A stretch of DNA of 64,000 bases. Source: Paraphysomonas bandaiensis (taxonomy: Eukaryota > Protista > Chrysophyceae). A model generated the notes under the pieces. The model did not search any database. It had not been told where the DNA came from and worked only from the letters and a program-made list of their open reading frames with translations. The stretch's first letter is position 1. Each line of letters begins with the position of its first letter. Positions 23,724 to 36,942 of this stretch are shown one piece after another. The DNA is taken from contig CBFFRP010000425.1 in NCBI GenBank assembly GCA_965644295.1, positions 1 to 64,000 on the forward strand, given 5' to 3'. Both the position numbers and the translations under genes were made by a program.

Positions 23724-23823
23724 TATAGTATATAGCTATATACTATCTATGTGTTTTAAGAGGGTTGTATATTATATATTATTATAATATGTTAGTGTGC
23801 TTGTACGGGAGCTAGCTTATTAT

Positions 23824-24460
23824 TTGTGTGGTGCAGCAACAGGGGACACAAAAAAGCGTCGCTTATGTAGAGATGTCTTTGGGCCTTCTTGTGACGAATA
23901 AACAGGCACCCGGGAATAAGCCCACCTCAAGAGCATCTGGGGTATTGGGCTGCCTACTAGGGTCACGCATCCGGGTTGTTCACCTCTTACGAACTCAATA
24001 ATCCTGAAATTAGCACAAATATCAGGTATATATCTGATTTGAGTATATATAGAGCGAAAATGGTTACACCTTAGTGCTTGACTAGCACAAATGTAAGGTA
24101 CATATATCAACATTCTGCTGCTTACTCACTAGGTCTGATTTGAGTAATATGGTGACACCTTGGTGCTTGCGGTGACGTACAAGCAGATTTTGTAGCGCTA
24201 AACAGTTGGATATCAGAGTTAAGCACCAGTTAGTTAAAAGTTGTTGTACTCCATCATGCTTTTTGTTGGGGACATTCTATTCCATCCAGGTCCTGCCCGA
24301 GCCGTTCTTTGTTTTCTGTGACTCTCTCAAGCGCTTATTCTGCTAATAATCAGACATTCACTACACACCTTAAGCACTCAAAATCCTGAAGTGTCTGCAG
24401 ACGTCAGAGGTATATCAACTTCATTCTTTCAGGTAGTTTCCGTTGCGCTAAATAGTGGAA
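23824..24460 (+). mobile_element. Retroposon family copy, older subfamily (ends ~24360) plus a partial duplication
   Basis: gacgaataaacaggcacccgggaat, caccttggtgcttgcggtgacg, tgctaataatcagacattca tail; cactcaaaatcctgaag repeated at ~24375. Confidence 0.85.
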
Positions 24461-25186
24461 TCTTTTAGCATATATATATTATATAGAGGTGCTAATAGAT
24501 TATTTTAATTTATAGTAGCTTCTTGCTTACTATACACGACGTCTATAATAATGCTCTATAATAATAACAAGAAATTCTATATAATTTTTTAATGTGTTTT
24601 GAAAACTCTTTGAATGATTTATATTTGTTACTCAAAAACGGTTCCATTACTACACATTACATAAATATATATAGAATATTCTTTTTACTGTACAGCACAC
24701 TATTATACACGGTAATTTTCTTGACAGTGTCAGTGTCAAGTTGTCTGGCTGCTGAGAACAGATGATTCACTCTCGTCCAGATGACTGGAGTCAAAAAGTT
24801 GTCTCTTACGACTGTAGGGCCTGAACGACTTGCATTCGTCAACCTGCGAAATAGAGAATATCGCATTCCGTGAATTGGTCACAAGTGTCAAAGGTTGCGA
24901 ATGTGCATGGATTAAAAGTAGAACTTTGAATATATCTTTGTCCTAACCTACTCTTTGCAACACAATAGAACTGGGCCCTGTGGGGCCACTTCTTCGTCAT
25001 CATGCAACAGCGTAGACTCTCCCTTCATATGTGAAAACTGAGCGTATCACTTCACCTATCGTTCACCCGTTCCATGGGCAGGTGTGACATATTGTCGTCT
25101 ACAGAAATTCTTTTGGCGCCGTGCTGTGTGATCATTCTACCTACATATGTTGGTGTCAATGTTCGAGCACTTCTCGGTATGTATAT

Positions 25187-25240
25187 TAAAGTCGGTGTGA
25201 TCGTGAAACCTGGTAAAGTGATTTATTTTACCAGGTTTCA
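25187..25240. repeat. Second, truncated fold-back element
   Basis: aagtcggtgtgatcgtgaaacctggtaaa...tttaccaggtttca hairpin. Confidence 0.65.
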
Positions 25241-27241
25241 GATTAAATGGAAAAGTTCCATATTATATATTATTAGAAGTCTGTATTAATATAAATTATA
25301 ATTTAGTTGTTGTATATATATCATCAATTATATATATTCTTTTAAAAATACTTTACTAAAATACTGTATTATATTGTTACTTCTCATATAAATCTACTGT
25401 AATAATACTTATGAAAATCTCACATCAACGTAACTACTATATATATATTTTGCACAGACAACACATACATGAAAAGTAATAAAATGCAGACACAATATCC
25501 CTGAATTAATTACAATTCTTCACCAAAAACGATATTTTATTTGATCGACTTTTTTAGTGACGCTATAATATAATAAATATATATGTTGACTTTAGCAGTT
25601 CGTAAGCAATAATTACAAGCTGCAATTCTAAGATAGTTGAATTGTGATCTTTAATCAAAGAATACAGTAGAGGGATTGAAAGTATTACATGAACATGAAC
25701 TATTGAGACGATAAGTAAACAATATTATGCAAACGTGGGGAAAAAAATCCCACATTTTTGACGTGCATTCCTTGTTAAAACTAGTTAGTTACTAGTGTGC
25801 TAATAAAAATAGTTCTCTGCATTTATTCGTATTGATATATTATTTACTAATATTGAAAATTAATATTGTTTTCAGTATAAAACGGGTTCAACTAACCGTT
25901 GTGAAACTGAAATATATTGACTGCATAAGATGGTGTCTATTAAAGATCGTATGAAAATTTGATTGGTAGTGGAGGCGTCTAGACAACGAATAAGAATTGA
26001 GGTTGATTATAATTCATAATTCAAGCATTGAGTGTATATATCAAGTAGTTCAGTTGATTAATTTTAAACCATTCAGAAAATGTCAAACTAGATATATTGA
26101 ACACCCGCTAGGTAGCAATTTCACATGGTCTTAATGTATAAAAATTCAGCACAATAACGAAGATTGTTTAAATAACATGGTCTACAGACATATTTTGGGA
26201 GTGGCTCATCATATTTCTCATGTTAAAAGAACGACCTGTCAGGCTTGCGTAACAATTAATTGGCAATAATTGCCAATTAATTGCCTTTCATTCTACTATT
26301 GATAGATTTTAGAATAACTTTCTGAACTATAATCTCATCCCAAAGAAACATTAGCATTTTCACGCAGAAAATTCAACATTTCAAAAGGTGTCTAGGTGTC
26401 ATTCGCTTGCGAAAATCTAGTCATAACAAGATTAGCTCTGCTATAAACAACCTCCCACAAACATTGGTTGTGCTATACAAATACTTCATGAAACGATATC
26501 GTGTTGGAAGTTTGATGCGTGCTTTCTGGCGCTTTCGGTTGTCTTTAAGTATACGAATGGCCTAGTCTTCCTCCTCCTCATTTTCTCTTCATGATCAAGT
26601 TCACCTTTTATCATTTATCAGGTACATCATTTATAAAAAGCGTCACACCTGTGCTTTTTCTGCGCCGTACAGTTCTTCCTCTACCGCGCTGAATTTTTAC
26701 TACTGCTCTCCCGAAATCTGCATTTTGAACAATTTCCGCGTCTGCACCCACTAATTGAAATTTCACCCCTGGGTACTGACGAATTAAATCATCAAATATG
26801 TTCGTTCGATTCCATCCTGTTGAATTGGACCTGAGCTATGCTGCATTTGTTGATATGAGTGCTATGTACTATGACTTCATTGTTATGAACGAGCGTAATT
26901 TGTAATAACTAGGTTACAAATCTCTTAAACCTCTGTATTCGTCACTGACGGTTATAATTCAAACATTTTTAAACTGCAGTATTTAGGTGCTCACCCATAA
27001 GCAGAAGTCAACATCAGTAGTTGTAGTATAGGTGTATGATCGCAACGGTTGAGTTACAATATAGATGAAATGTTAACTGAATAAAGAAAAAACAATATTC
27101 TTTGCGCACATCCGTATTTATGAAATTTGTACACCGCCATCCACACAGTGCAAACCAATAACAATAACACGCCTTCAAACCTTAGGATGTTCGAAAAACA
27201 CATAGAACACAACGAACTATACAAAACTATTAATTGGTAAT

Positions 27242-30034
27242 CTACATAGTAGATTTCCGATTTCTAGTAGGAGATATAGCGAACCCACTAACACCAAGGT
27301 CAACTGATTGTGAAGATTGGTGCCCACCCACAACCGACGATATTCTCCTTTTCAATTTGCCAGTAATCGCCTTTGCAATTCCAGGGGACTGAGCAATACT
27401 CTGTGTTCGCGAATAATCAGGCTTCCGTATTTGAACTTGATCCAATTCTTCTTGATTCACCTCCATGGAATATATGTACTCTACAGCAGACTCGTATATT
27501 GTCAGATAATACCCGCTCTCACCGTGCAATTGATCCGGATGGCATAGTTTCCATAATATATCCTTATTAAGAAAGGGGTGTCTTAATTCGCTTCTGCAAA
27601 AGACATAAATAAATATGGGTAAGAAGTCATCAGCGCCTAAAACTGAATCGCCGTCATTCACAGCTGTCTTTTTTCTTTTCACCATCTGCGGTAATACATG
27701 AGACTTATACTCCGTGTATATCGCATGCGCGGTACGAACAAGTGCGTTCAGACGCATGGAAGGCGTGGGGTTGCGCTCAATACCAGCTAACTCAAATACA
27801 GCAGTTTTCCACTCCGCAGGACTAGTTAAATATTCAGGTATATCCCATTCAATTTGTGCGCGAGACGACAGCACTCTCATTTTTCGCAAGAGGACATCTT
27901 CCGATCTCTATCAACACAAAAATAATTAGTATACACGACGAGGTAAGTACGAACGTACCTCTGGCATATCGGTGGAATCGCAGTACGACGATATTTTATC
28001 TTGGAGAGATAAGAAAAGAGCTTCCTCGACAACAGAGAATGAAATAAAAGATATAGATGATAGAGCTTCATCTGTGAGATCCACCACAGGAGTGGTGTGT
28101 GGACGTGATGATTTAGAGACCATCTGTTCCTGCAAGTCACTCATACGAAACGACTCGTCACTCCGCAACAACATTGCCAGATCAACCCCATGATTCTCCA
28201 CAACATACTCATACATTCCTTCAATGAAATGGCGCAACTCTGTCATATTGCGGTCTAGTGGAGAGTCTGGGAAACCATCGATGAAATGTCTGGCAGTGTT
28301 TCCCTCCGGAGTTGATGGATTTAATATAATTCTTTGGACAGCATTTTGAACCTTGAATTCCCCCGATCCAGGCTCGATAGAAAGCAGACGACTGGCATAT
28401 TCTGCATCGTTCAATGCCAACGGGTGATTACTATCCGTTCCATTTGACTCTTCCTCAATACCACTCGATTGAAGTCTATCCCGTGCGCGACGACCCAGGG
28501 ATCGCGCGAACTGAGCGATATCGGAGTGTTCTCTGTTGCTCTCCTCGGCAATGGATTCAATCATTGCTGCGGTAGCCCCAGCAGAGTATCCTACGGAGTG
28601 AGATGACTTACCAGTAGGGGCATGACCGATGGTGTCCAGTGCTTGTCTAACCTGTGCACGTGTCGTCAGCTGCTGTACAATATGTGCGGCTAGCAGAGAG
28701 CTGTATCGGAGAGACCCTTCTTCCAAATCTTCACCACTAATCATAGAGTACTCCACACAAAAGTCATCTTCACTCACCAAAAATGTCTTAATAATGCTGT
28801 CGTACGGTACAATCTTAGTCACTATCTTTCCTTCTTTTATATTTAACATATGATACTCCGTCAACTTAATAGTTCTGCGTTGCTTCTTGCCATACTTGTT
28901 GGTCTTAATTACATCGTACACAGAGTCCGAAAGCCAGACCGGCCACTTGGGGCGAATTTTAAGACCCACCACTTCACCGCTGTCTCCGACCTGCTTTGAC
29001 ATTTCTCCCTGCGTCGGAGTTACCTCCGCGAGCCTACCAGCCCAGAGGAGGGATAGTTCGCGTGTGCCAATCGTGCCTCTGGTTGTAACCTCATTGGGAG
29101 AAGAGCCACTTTCTTGAGGGTGATGCAGAGGTGATACAACACGATCGACAGACATAACTCTCCCTCCAACATCCGCAAGGGAAGCTGCTTCCCGCGAGTT
29201 TGACACAATTTCGTCACGCATATGAAGTCGGTGATTATGCGGATAATGGGCGGATCCATGCTTCAAAAACGACAAACTCTGTGGGCGCATATCTGGTGTA
29301 CTTCCCCGCCTATGATGGGTCTTGAACTTGTTGTTCTGGCAAGTAGATGTAAGCGCAATACTTTGTCTACGGTGCTTGAGAGGAGAAGTACCGCCATCCT
29401 TTATGTCAGTACTTGATATCCCGGACAATTCAATGCCACTACGGTGGAGTGTACTTCTCTGTCTCGCCAAACTCTGAATCGCAGGATCAGTAGAGTTTAT
29501 AAATGCATCCGGATCCTCACGCAATTGGATTAGGACATTAACAAGACTTGGACCGACTTTCTCCAGTGAGATAGTTTCCATATCTTCGTAACTACGAAAC
29601 GACTTCTCCCACTTCTTGATACTTGCATCGAGATTTTTATCAATAACAGTGGGTGAGAACTGAAGATCTTCAAGAGTTAAATCACAGTCATCAGTAATTG
29701 ACATATCGCTTTGAGAGTGTCGTAAAAAAGAAGGATTTAACTTCGTGTCAACCGAACTAACTTCTCTAGTCTCGACGGCGCCTCCAGTCTCTGTATCTGC
29801 ACGCGGAAAGACAGAGAGAGAGATATTCCTGTCACCATCACCACCTACAGACGTATTAGCAGTGTGTTTCTTTCGCATCCAGCAGCAGAAGAGGCGAGCA
29901 GCAGGGCTGTATGTACGAGGAGGCGCTGGCCTATCACTGACCTTCTCTCTGTCCGACAAATCTGCGCTGAGATCCACAGAATACATAGACAGCGTACTCA
30001 TACGGTCCTTGGGCCCTCCCTCACCACTATCCAT
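27242..30034 (-). CDS. VPS9-domain Rab5-type GEF with a PH-like domain (exons 30034-27959, 27907-27242)
   Basis: GADDFLPIFIYV and LHGESGYYLT are VPS9 motifs; YDVIKTNKYGKKQRRTI is PH-like. A 51-nt GT-AG intron joins the two track ORFs in frame. First ATG taken as MDSGEGG. Confidence 0.88.
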
Positions 30035-30138
30035 ACGAGCAGAGACAAAACAAGAAGATGAGGGGGGTGGGGTCAAGAGCTATCTAAAATATATCCATGT
30101 GCCATAACATCAACACACAATCCCAACCATACCGTACA

Positions 30139-30968
30139 CATACATACATACATACATACATACATACATACATACATACATACATACATACATACATACA
30201 TACATACATACATACATACATACATACATACATACATACATACATACATACATACATACATACATACATACATACATACATACATACATACATACATACA
30301 TACATTCATACATACATACATACATACATACATACATACATACATACATACATACATACATACATACATACATACATACATACATACATACATACATACA
30401 TACATACATACATACATACATACATACATACATACATACATACATACATACATACATACATACATACATACATACATACATACATACATACATACATTCA
30501 TACATACATACATACATACATACATACATACATACATACATACATACATACATACATACATACATACATACATACATACATACATACATACATACATACA
30601 TACATACATACATACATACATACATACATACATACATACATACATACATACATACATACATACATACATACATACATACATACATACATACATACATACA
30701 TACATACATACATACATACATACATACATACATACATACATACATACATACATACATACATACATACATACATACATACATACATACATACATACATACA
30801 TACATACATACATACATACATACATACATACATACATACATACATACATACATACATACATACATACATACATACATACATACATACATACATACATACA
30901 TACATACATACATACATACATACATACATACATACATACATACATACATACATACATACGTACATACA
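30139..30968. repeat. (CATA)n microsatellite array, ~830 bp
   Basis: Nearly perfect tetranucleotide run with only a few interruptions. Confidence 0.99.
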
Positions 30969-31104
30969 GTGGCAGAAGATTCATATGATATACATGCTTA
31001 TGGAAGGGGATTGATATGATATGTTCGCAAGAATAATGGTGTTGTAGTGTACTATCATTCTCCATTCTGACCCATATGTCTGTCGATCTGTAGCAGTGTT
31101 TTCT

Positions 31105-33245
31105 ATGCACTCTGTAATGAAGAGTCCCCCACGGCGTGATGATTTTGAGTTGGTTGATCTCATAGGGGAGGGGCGAGTGCTGCAGCTATATGTCTCATGT
31201 ATCGGCTAACTCTGATAACAGATCCTTTGCAAAGGTGTTCAAAGCTCAGCACAAGAAATCTGATACTGAATATGCGATAAAAGTAATTGACATCGATAAC
31301 AGCTCCGCCCACACTCACACACACAGCAACACACACATCGACGAGGAGCTGAAGTTCTTATCCAGGCTCAAGTCTCCCTGGATAGTGTCATTCTTTGGCT
31401 CGTATAGACACAGTGGACAAGTGTGGGTACGTTGTTCACTGATGCTCTTGATTCGTTGCGAAAGGTTTGAATCTTAAATTTAGATTGTGTTGGAATATAT
31501 GTCTGGTGGCTCAATGACGGACATCATGACTCTGTCAAGGCGTCCTCTGACGGAGGAACAAGCAAAGCATGTGACAACTTTCTGTGTCCTTGCACTGCAG
31601 CATATACACTCAAAAAATTGTATTCACCGGGTAAGCTAATACTATCATTTTCACAGGAATGTCAACGACAGTTAACTATTGATGCAGGATGTAAAGCCAG
31701 GCAACCTATTGCTCTCTGCTGCTGGTGTAATCAAACTGTGTGACTTTGGTGATTCTGTGGACTTAGCTAGTGGCCCGAAGCGACGGAACAGTATTCATGG
31801 CACAGCCCAGTATGTTTCGCCAGGTATGCAGATGATCTACTTTGTTTCCTGTTTGGTGTGATAATACTTGATGTGCAGAGATGGCAGAGGAAAAAGTGTA
31901 CGACGAACGCACTGATGTGTGGTCTCTTGGAATAACAGTGTTAGAGCTATGCGAAGGGCAAGCCCCCAACGAGAAAATGCACCCGAGACGATGCATGGCT
32001 CTTACAGCAGAGCGTGATCCTCCTCGCCTTCATTTTGAGTCGGAGTGGTCCAAGTCGCTCTCACGCTTTTTGTGTAAGTCTCTTGTGAAAGACCCGACAC
32101 TTCGAGCCTCCGCTGTTGACCTTCTTGAGCACGAGTGGGTGCGAAGCTGTGTAAATCAGATCAGGAGGGTAGGCAGAAGCGAAGTTGCAATGGAAATGTA
32201 TGCAATGCGAAGTGTTTGGGAAGAAGAAGCCCGGGATCTGGCAGCGGCTCAAGCTGAGATAGCGCTACTTGAGAAAGCCCGAGAGGAAGCGCGAATACAG
32301 TTAGAAATAGATGAAGAGGAGCGACTTGAGAAATTAAGGGTGGAGGAGGAGAGAGTTAGGTGGGAAGAAGAACAACAACGCAGAAAAGAGGTAGAAGCGC
32401 TGGAGGCCAGGAAGAAGGAGGAGCAGATACGAAAACGAATAAAAGAAACGGAATTAGCAGAGGAGGAGAGAACTAGGGAAGCCATGAGGCAAGAGGAAGA
32501 ACTTTCTGTGCTAAGTAATCAAAGGTTCCGTATTGAACGTATCAAATGCAGCGGATGGCTTTTAAAGAAGAGCGCCTACTTAGGAGCTTGGAATCCCCGT
32601 TTCTTTGTACTCGACGAGGGCGTTGTGCGTTATTATGAAAGTGACCAACAAGCAGATGAAGTTACACCGCGGGGCGTGTATGTGATGACTCCTGCAACGC
32701 GGGTGATAAGCGAGGGGTCTGATGATCGGTATCTCGGAGAAGATTATTTATGTGTCGAGGACTCATCGAATAAACCGTGGACACTAGTTGTGCGGTGCTC
32801 TTGTCATGAAGAGTCGCAAGATTGGGCACGCCATTTTGAAAATCACGCAGCATGCGCAGCCGGAAAAGGGCAACTTAACCAGTTCCAGTTGGAGCGGGCG
32901 AGGTCGATATACAAAGAGGGATGGCTGCAGAAGCAGAGCGAGTATCTTCAAACCTTCAATAGGCGTTTTTTTGTCCTAGATAAGGGTGTTCTACGTTATT
33001 ATGATGGTGATGGTGTGGATGATAGGGTAGCTGAAAGAGGAAAGTACGTGTTTACGCCTGCAACTAAGATTGTTCCTGAGGACACAATCGACATATCTGT
33101 TCCCCGTCATTGCATATATATCCATGACACTGAAAAAAGTTGGTCTATTATGGTATTCTGTGGAAGCAATGAAAATAAATTCACGTGGACCAATTATTTG
33201 AACCAGCATGTTAAATTTGCATTAGCAATACAAGAATGCACATAA
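31105..33245 (+). CDS. STE20/MST-like Ser/Thr kinase + coiled coil + two PH domains (exons 31105-31172, 31222-31426, 31484-31630, 31688-31823, 31879-33245)
   Basis: Spliced LIGEGSFAKVFKA, YAIKVI, HRDVKPGNLL, KLCDFG, GTAQYVSPE, DVWSLGITVLELCEGQAP. PH domains start GWLLKKS..W.PRFFVL and GWLQKQS..F.RRFFVL. Confidence 0.92.
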
Positions 33246-33513
33246 CTCAGAGTTACATGATTGTGATGTTTTTTTGTGAATGTTACGAGGGCCGGGTACA
33301 GTAGTCCCATAAAATTCATATTGATATTCTATCTGTTTTTAAGTGGCACTCAACGGGATCCTATCCGTATTTCCAGTTCATGTGATGTGTTGCCATTGAG
33401 ATGTAGAATTACGCTTTGCTAATTTAGTTTGATTTCTACTTCTTCTAATCGCAGATTTGTTATCTGAAGTATATTTCTTATTATAGCAATTGTAATAATG
33501 ATTCAGTAGCAAC

Positions 33514-34732
33514 CAGGGCTGCGTATGAATTAAATGACGCAGGTTGTGGCAATTACAATTGAGATTATTACTTGCTGTCCCAATTAATTGATGCCGAACT
33601 ACGTACTCAAGTAGCTATACACTAGCTGCCGACATAGCTTTCTCAACTGTAATTTATGCGAAAAACAATAAGTAGCTCTATATGCCAAGGAGTCATACTC
33701 TTGTGCAAATCAGTCATAACAACCTTAGCTCTACTGAATAATCTTTTAATCTTAGCCTTTTAGCTTGCTTCCACTTCCTGTTACCATCTATCAAGCGTTC
33801 AACTGTATTGTCATTCTGAGCTCTCACTTCTTCATCATCCTTACTGAGAAAATGTATTTTATTTGATCCTTTTCCGTCCGGGTAATTGATACTTTGTAAC
33901 CACTTTGAATCTTCACGACCGCTTTTTCGAAAACAGGGTTTAGAATAATAGCAGCACTGTCGCCCAGATGACGATCGGCAAGCGGCTGTCTTGTTATGAG
34001 TTCGACAAACAATGTACAAACACCGTGGAGATCGTTCACCTACCTTCTGTTCTTCTATTGAAACACGACGAAAAACATTCAAATCGTCCCGTAATTGCAC
34101 CAGTTTGGTATGATCCCTTTCAATTGGAAATGGACTAATGCGTCAGAACCAAACCCGCATGATCGCAAGTGACCAGATAGAAGCAAATAGCGGTCAATTA
34201 TACAACGTCCATCCATCCACTACCAAACCGTTTTCATCTTCATCAGCGTTGATCTATAAATAGAGCAAATGAGCAACCAAAATTCTATCTTTCCAGTCAT
34301 TGTGTTTGACCGCATGCTGCGAGAGGCTGCTCCACTCATATCCCTTCTTTCGCCTCGTAACACCTTTTTCAACAGGGAGAGCACTCCCGGCATTTTGCCA
34401 AGCAAGTCTAATACAACCTTTTCGTTGTTTTCATATACTTACAACACTCGAGCAGTGACTCTGGTACCTGGTACCTGGTACCTGGTACCAGTTTATCACT
34501 CATATATTGCTGATCCGTTAAATGAAATCTTAAGTGAAATAAACCAACAGATATTATTGCTTTCTGCCAATATTTGGGTTTGTCGTAAAAATTGGATTCT
34601 ATTAGCACAAAATGCTGTTATATAACAACTTGCCAGTGCCATATTGATGGTATTTTTTGAACAATTAACTGAAGCAATTTTAATAATTGACAATTAGCTA
34701 ATTGAAAATCAATTAATTGATACGCAGCCCTG
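33514..34732. mobile_element. hAT-like non-autonomous element, family A, ~1.2 kb
   Basis: TIRs cagggctgcgtat / atacgcagccctg. 8-bp gtagcaac at 33506-33513 and 34740-34747 (offset by a ctggtag duplication). Internal (ctggtac)4 at 34461-34491. Confidence 0.85.
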
Positions 34733-35214
34733 GTAGCTGGTAGCAACATTCTTTTCATCTATGAACTACACAATACTATTAGAAGTTGTATTTATAAATT
34801 GCTTCTAAGTCGTTGCTGTTAGAGAGTACCGAGAAACTTCTTGTATTTGAGAAAAATTACAAACTTCTTGGTTAGTTGTATTTGACAAAAATCACTGGGA
34901 TTCTACAGCTGGAGCTAATGTTGAAGTACATCAATTTCTGTACGATGCATTGCACTCACAGAAAAACTCTGTTCTCGTCTTGCAATATGTGTATTGTTAA
35001 AACTCTCAGCAGTTATCTACTTCGAGAAGATCCATACCAATATAAATTCAAGATTCCAGCACACTTTATGCGACTAAAAGAAACATAAGTCATGAATTAA
35101 TATACACACAAGAATATTAATAGAAGCTGGGTCATACTTAGTATTCCACTTTTTCTCTGTATGAGGCTTATTATACATAGAATCGTAGAAAGATTTTTAA
35201 AATGACACTTGCAC

Positions 35215-36390
35215 CTATGATTTCAGGGAAGCTACTCTTGGATGGAGAACATATGACGGTGGTAGCGGGCGCTTCCCTTGAGGCTTCATAAGTTTCTGAA
35301 TCAATACCCTGTTGTCTTTTATTCTAAGGGCATCGACACCAGGAAAAACAGATTCATCTGGAAACTTGTCGAGCCAGTGGAAATTGCTATCGTATTTCGG
35401 AGCGGTGGCCTTAGCTATTAGCCTTGAAATAGGGAAGTAGACAGTATTGGTCGAGGCGAATGCAGGGAATAAACAAAATGTGCTCACGCTGCATATGGTT
35501 GTATTAGCTAGTGTCAGCCGTGTGAAATCGTCGAACATGTTCTGACCACGGAGAACGAGAACGTTGGCTCGAGGAAAGGTAGATGAGAGGTATTCCCACA
35601 ACGCAGCCAGTATAGAATCACATCTGCGAACACGGGAGGGAGAGGCATTTCGTGAAGCGCTCTCGGCAAGGACGTATATGTAACGTACACCACTTGGTAT
35701 TCGATTTTTAAAGGCTGGGAAAGAAAGAAAACCATAATGCCCTACAGTGTTATCCCCACAGCGATAGTGTATGGCTGCATCAGGCACCAGCGGTAACTTG
35801 CTCCTCTCGTCAGTAGGATGTCGTAATGTGACCTTCCAAGCAGATGACGGGGATAAATACGAATTGTCCCGCATCAGCATGGATGCGTAATAAGAATCGA
35901 TCGCAGGCCTAAGAATGTCCCTTACCATGATGTACTTAGAGTGCATGAGGCTCATCTGGTGCTCATGGCATATGTTAACTTTACAAGGGCACATGCTCTT
36001 CGCCTGAGCAGCACTTTCACTACGGGCGGAAGGATTATACACTGTTTGAGGCAAAGAACCAATAAGACTGGACTGTGCACTCTCACCCCACGCAAGAAAA
36101 TGCAGGCCACTTATATTGGCACATATTCTTGATTCCACATATATACTGAGCGAGTTTCCCAGAGAGCGAACTTCAAGGCACGGGGTTGTGGTGAGCACAG
36201 CTTTGTTAGCATTACGCTCTACCTCTTTCATGATAGCGTCCATATCGTGTAGAATACAGCTGTCGCCACTGTACCTCTGTTGTCCTTGTATATAGAGCTG
36301 GTCGAGCTCAGAGGGAGACAGCACCGCCCTAGACATGCCCAGCAACAAACATGCGACTATGAAGGATGCGAGGGAGACTACCATGACCAA
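35215..36390 (-). CDS. Secreted/Golgi protein with a GT11-like (fucosyltransferase) HxRxGD motif
   Basis: Signal peptide; AAIHYRCGD; DDFTRL..A..TICSVSTF. Confidence 0.65.
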   Translation of the reverse strand: MVMVVSLASFIVACLLLGMSRAVLSPSELDQLYIQGQQRYSGDSCILHDMDAIMKEVERNANKAVLTTTPCLEVRSLGNSLSIYVESRICANISGLHFLAWGESAQSSLIGSLPQTVYNPSARSESAAQAKSMCPCKVNICHEHQMSLMHSKYIMVRDILRPAIDSYYASMLMRDNSYLSPSSAWKVTLRHPTDERSKLPLVPDAAIHYRCGDNTVGHYGFLSFPAFKNRIPSGVRYIYVLAESASRNASPSRVRRCDSILAALWEYLSSTFPRANVLVLRGQNMFDDFTRLTLANTTICSVSTFCLFPAFASTNTVYFPISRLIAKATAPKYDSNFHWLDKFPDESVFPGVDALRIKDNRVLIQKLMKPQGKRPLPPSYVLHPRVASLKS

Positions 36391-36942
36391 CTACTTTACC
36401 GTGTAGGCGGGCGGGCCCAGCACAAGCTGATACAGTTGATATGGAACAGGAAACATGCGGGCAGCAACCCACTATTTTGAATGTACTTTACGACGTACCA
36501 CATACAGAGTGTATACCGGCTGTACCATACACAGAACTACGTACACACATATCCAATATAGTGCTAGATATCGGGGTATTTGAAGAAAAGAGGTTAAAAA
36601 TTCACTTCTTATTTTCCGTTCCCAAAAAAACAAGAGGTTCTGTAGAAGTAGTAATACAATGTATGCTCCTACAACGTGATTGGCTGTATGGTACTGAGAT
36701 GCGATACACATACGCAGCAGTGAGGTGGCACCAGGAGGGGATGATTGGGCAATATCTCAAAGTGCGATGTGATCTCCATCACAACGCTTTCAATTATACC
36801 GACATCGCAACTGCACTCTACGTGCGGTTGATAATAGTGAGAGGAGATATCTCCAGCCCAGATATCTAATGAAACACGTCGTCAATCTCAGATAATTACG
36901 TACAAAATAGAGCCATACAAACTTGATGCTGGTTGGGTAGAA

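Noticed and set aside
24650-27000. Possible decayed transposase or gene remnants on the minus strand
   Set aside because: Only short protein-like fragments with many stops; no motif I can name.
30073-31110. Track ORFs with MYVC/HTYI repeats (also 41716-42997)
   Set aside because: Translations of stop-free tetranucleotide microsatellites, not genes.
36441-36869. 142-aa ORF between the GT11-like and AP2-like genes
   Set aside because: No recognisable motif or convincing splice to the next ORF; it lies in a divergent promoter region.
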